From Chrysomallon squamiferum (lineage: Eukaryota; Animalia; Mollusca): a DNA stretch of 64,000 nucleotides. Below are positions 51,720 to 64,000 of the stretch, piece by piece; position 1 is the first letter of the stretch, and each line of letters opens with the position of its first letter. A program made the translations under genes and the position numbers. Under the pieces are notes generated by a model, which did not search any database, was not told where the DNA came from, and worked only from the letters and a program-made list of their open reading frames with translations. Location of the stretch: positions 4,154,001 to 4,218,000 of the forward strand of contig CM022676.1 in assembly GCA_012295275.1 (NCBI GenBank), in the 5' to 3' direction.

Positions 51720-54700
51720 CTGTTCATGACTGATAAACAAGGAAACAAGAACTGTTTGTTAATCATTCACCTCTTAAGGACACCTTCACGAAAACTTCAA
51801 GAATATTCAATTGTTAAATGTTTGTTTATTTTTTAAGTTTTTTTTTAATTAAAATACAAAGATTCAGTTTATAAAGTGACACCAGATTTGATCTGTGTAA
51901 ATAGCTACCTGTGAGAAATGTTATAAACATTTCAATGAGTTGCTAATCGCGAATTTTTAATCATTCATTAACATTGTCTGAGATGTGACTCTAACTATGT
52001 GAAAACTTCGGGAGATTTCTGACTTAAAATTAATCTATTTATCCACGTATATATTAATTAAAAGAAACATTTCATCAATCTCAGTAACACTGATCTCTTC
52101 GCACATGTTTCATCTTTTAATTTTTTATATTTCCTCAGATGTAAGATCCTTGACGTCATGAAAGTCTTTATTTTCTTGTATAACATAACATGAGAAATGA
52201 AATTCCTGGCTGACAAAGGCAGAATAAAACTATATTTTTAGGTTTTTTGTATACTACCAAGAGTTTCCTTTCCGCAGCTTCGTAAACTTCATCTGTCAAA
52301 GCTGTTCACTATTTTGATGATACTTGTGAGTTTTTCATATTTTTATTCGCTGTTTTCATTGAGTAAAGCATAATTCTATCTGATAATTTTGCCACAGTTG
52401 GACGAGGGTTCGGGCGTACGAACCGATTTTGTTTGTTTGTTTTTTGTTGTTTTTTTTATGTTGAAATAAACGGCTTCGATTGGATTTAAAATGCTTTTGT
52501 TTTTTTAAACAATGTTTCTGTATGTGCATGTTTCCTGTTAAGTGTCTTTCTCTGTACTGTTATATTTTATTAGGAATTGTTGCTTATGTAACAAAGATCG
52601 AAATGATAGAAAATGGGTTAAAGGAACTGTGAGCAACCAGTTAGAATGGGAATTATGACAAGGGATATAATGAAGGGAACTGATGTAACTACTAAACTAG
52701 TGTGTACTATTTGTCTGCTCATTATGTTATGTTTCTTTTTCATATCTCAGGTTTCTTTCTGTGTTCGTGATCACAATTATTTTTTTCTTTGACATAATAA
52801 ATACATTTTCCAGTTCTCTGCTGTATTTTATTCTTTCCCTTCGTGCACAGTAAGAAAGTAATGTTTGTGTTTGTCTTTCAAATGTGTTCGTCTGTTTCTG
52901 TGTCTTTGTTTATAACAAGTTTTCTGTATCGGTTTTTGTACTTGAACCATTTTGATTTTACACGCCTCTCTTATTTTGTTTTCTATTATTCTCAATTTAC
53001 CTGTTACTCTGTTTAAATATCAAAAAATATAGATATATATATGTATATAGGTAAAGATATATACATGTAGGTTGGTGGTATCTGTTCGGGTGTCAGTGTA
53101 TTCTTTTATATGTCTGTGTGTGTCTGTGTGAATGTAAGTAAGTGTTCGTGTGCATTTTTAATCAATAGAAATCTTTGCTGCATTGAAAAAGGGCGGCTAT
53201 TTTGAATTGTCGCGTGACTAGACAACATGGATGTTTGCCAAACTTTTGTGTCTTACGTCATGACATGATTTGGTCAGTTTTACTCTGGTATGTTGTAACT
53301 CTACCAATAGTGTAGCATACTCTTTCTATTGTGTTCTGTTTATACTGGAATGTGTGTGTATGTGTGTGTGTGTGTGTGTGTGTTTGTGTGTCTGTTATCA
53401 TTGGTGTCATTTTCTTATTATTATTATGCTTCCTTTATTACATATTTTTATCCTGTATTACATTATGTTACACTGCGTTACGTTACTCTGTGTGTATATA
53501 CATATAGATATATCTGTTTTTGTGTCTATGTATACTATACCTATGTATATACACACACACACAAAAAAAAAACACACACACACACACACACACATACGTT
53601 TAGTAGTTATGTAAGTTCCCTTTGTTATGTCCCTTATTTGTTTTCCTGTTCTAACTGCTTGCCCACAATACGTTTAGCTCATGTTCTGTCGTTTCGTTAG
53701 ACATACGTTCTTATATGCGTAATTATATATTCAGAGACAGTGATTGGGTAGACAGATGGATGGATGTGTGGATACAGTGAAGTAAAGAAAGAAAGAACAA
53801 TCAGACAGTGTAACAGGTAAATAGAGAATAACAGAAAAGAAAAGAGAGGTGTGTAAAATCAGAATTGTTCAAGTACAAAAATCGACTGAGAAAGATTTTA
53901 TAAACAAAGACACACAAACAGACGAACACATTTGAAAGACAAAGAGAAACATTAGTTTACTTATTGTGCAGGAAGGGAAATAATAAAATACAGCAGAGAA
54001 CTGGAAAATGTATTTATTATGTCAACGAAAAATATCTTTGTGATCACGAACACAGAAAGAAACCTGCTATATGATAAAAAAAAGACAGCATAATGAGCAG
54101 AGAAATAGTACACACTACTTTCGTAGTTACATCAGTTCCCTTCATTATGTCCCTTGTCCTGTTTCCCGTTCTAACTGCTTGTTCACAGTTCCTTTAACCC
54201 ATTTTCTATCATGTTGGTCTTTGTTACATTAGCAACAATGCCCAGTAAAATCTAACAGTACGGAGGAAGATATTAAACCGGAAACATGCAGATGCAGAAA
54301 CATTGTTCAAAAAAAGAAAAGCATTTTAAATCCAATCCTAGCCGTTTATTTCAATATAAAAACAAATAAACAAATAAAAAATAAATGATTCGTACGACCG
54401 AACACTCGTCTAACTTTTACAAAATCATCACATAGAATTATACTTTACTCAATGTAAATAGAGAATAAAAATATGAATAACTCACAAGTGTCACCAAAAA
54501 AGGGAACAGCTTCGTTAGATAAAGTTTACGAAGCCGTGGAAAGGAAGCTCTTCTTAGTATAAAAAAAACCTGAAAATATAGTTTTATTCTGCCTTTGTCA
54601 GCCAGGAATTTTATTTCTCATGTTACTGTTATACAAGAAAATAAAGACTTTCATGACGTCAAGGATCTTACATCTGAGGAAATAAAAAAATTAAAAGATG

Positions 54701-55090
54701 AAACATGTGCGAAAGAGACCAGTGTTACTGAGATTGATCAAATGTTTCTTTTTGTTAATCTATACGTGTGTAAATATTTTAATTTTAAGTCAGAAATCTT
54801 CCGAAGTTTTCACATAGTTAGAGTCACATCTCAGACAATGGTAATGAATGATTAAAAATTCGCGATTAGCAACTCATTAAAATATTTATAACATTTCTCA
54901 CAGGTAGCTATTTACACAGTTCAAATCTGGTGTCACTGTACAAACTGAAGTCCTTGTATTTTAGTAAAAAAAAACTTTTAACAATTTAATATCCTGTTAG
55001 TATTCATAAAACAGTTTCAAGAAGTACATGATTAACAAATAGAACTTGTTTTCTTCTTTATCATTCATGAACAACAGTTTCATTTATTTT
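51720..55090. repeat. Large imperfect inverted repeat formed by the 3' intergenic modules of F and G (tail-to-tail)
   Basis: ~51720-53012 is the reverse complement of ~53810-55090. The same module recurs at ~19960-21470, 25300-26640, 28100-29020, 32650-33850, 37950-39480 and 43300-45480. Confidence 0.8.
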
Positions 55091-55099
55091 CAAACTTTA

Positions 55100-63938
<8,839 letters not shown>

Positions 63939-64000
63939 CTAAAATTTTAAATAATAAAAAAAAATATATAAAATTAAATTCATTTTTCATAATTACATTC

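Overview
Very AT-rich, microsatellite-laden animal genomic DNA ((TA)n, (GA)n, (AAT)n, (TATC)n, (CATA)n). The composition and the Ig-domain style suggest a mollusc, possibly a cephalopod, but that is inference only. Nearly all ORF-track entries are microsatellite noise. Reading exons by hand shows the whole window is a tandem/inverted cluster of one family of type-I immunoglobulin-superfamily receptor genes: leader - Ig1(V-like) - Ig2 - Ig3(V-like) - Ig4 - Ig5 - TM - tyrosine-motif tail. I labelled eight copies or fragments. A(-): intact exons, runs off the left end, 5' part at an N-gap. B(-), C(-): 5'-truncated pseudogenes. H(-): orphan tail. D(+): intact leader-Ig1-Ig2, candidate soluble/tail-less form. 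E(+), F(+): pseudogenes. G(-): all 12 visible exons intact, leader off the right end. Ig1 is hypervariable in three CDR-like loops, while Ig3-Ig5 are nearly invariant. In A and G the tail is a tandem array of symmetric 105-nt exons, each encoding an ITAM-spaced YxxL-x8-YxxL motif. B/C/E/F instead carry a YYNV-type exon plus one ITIM-like terminal exon. Also present: orphan leader exons, a Tc1 transposon fossil with TIRs shared by A and G, hAT-like MITEs, a central inversion and a fold-back hairpin.
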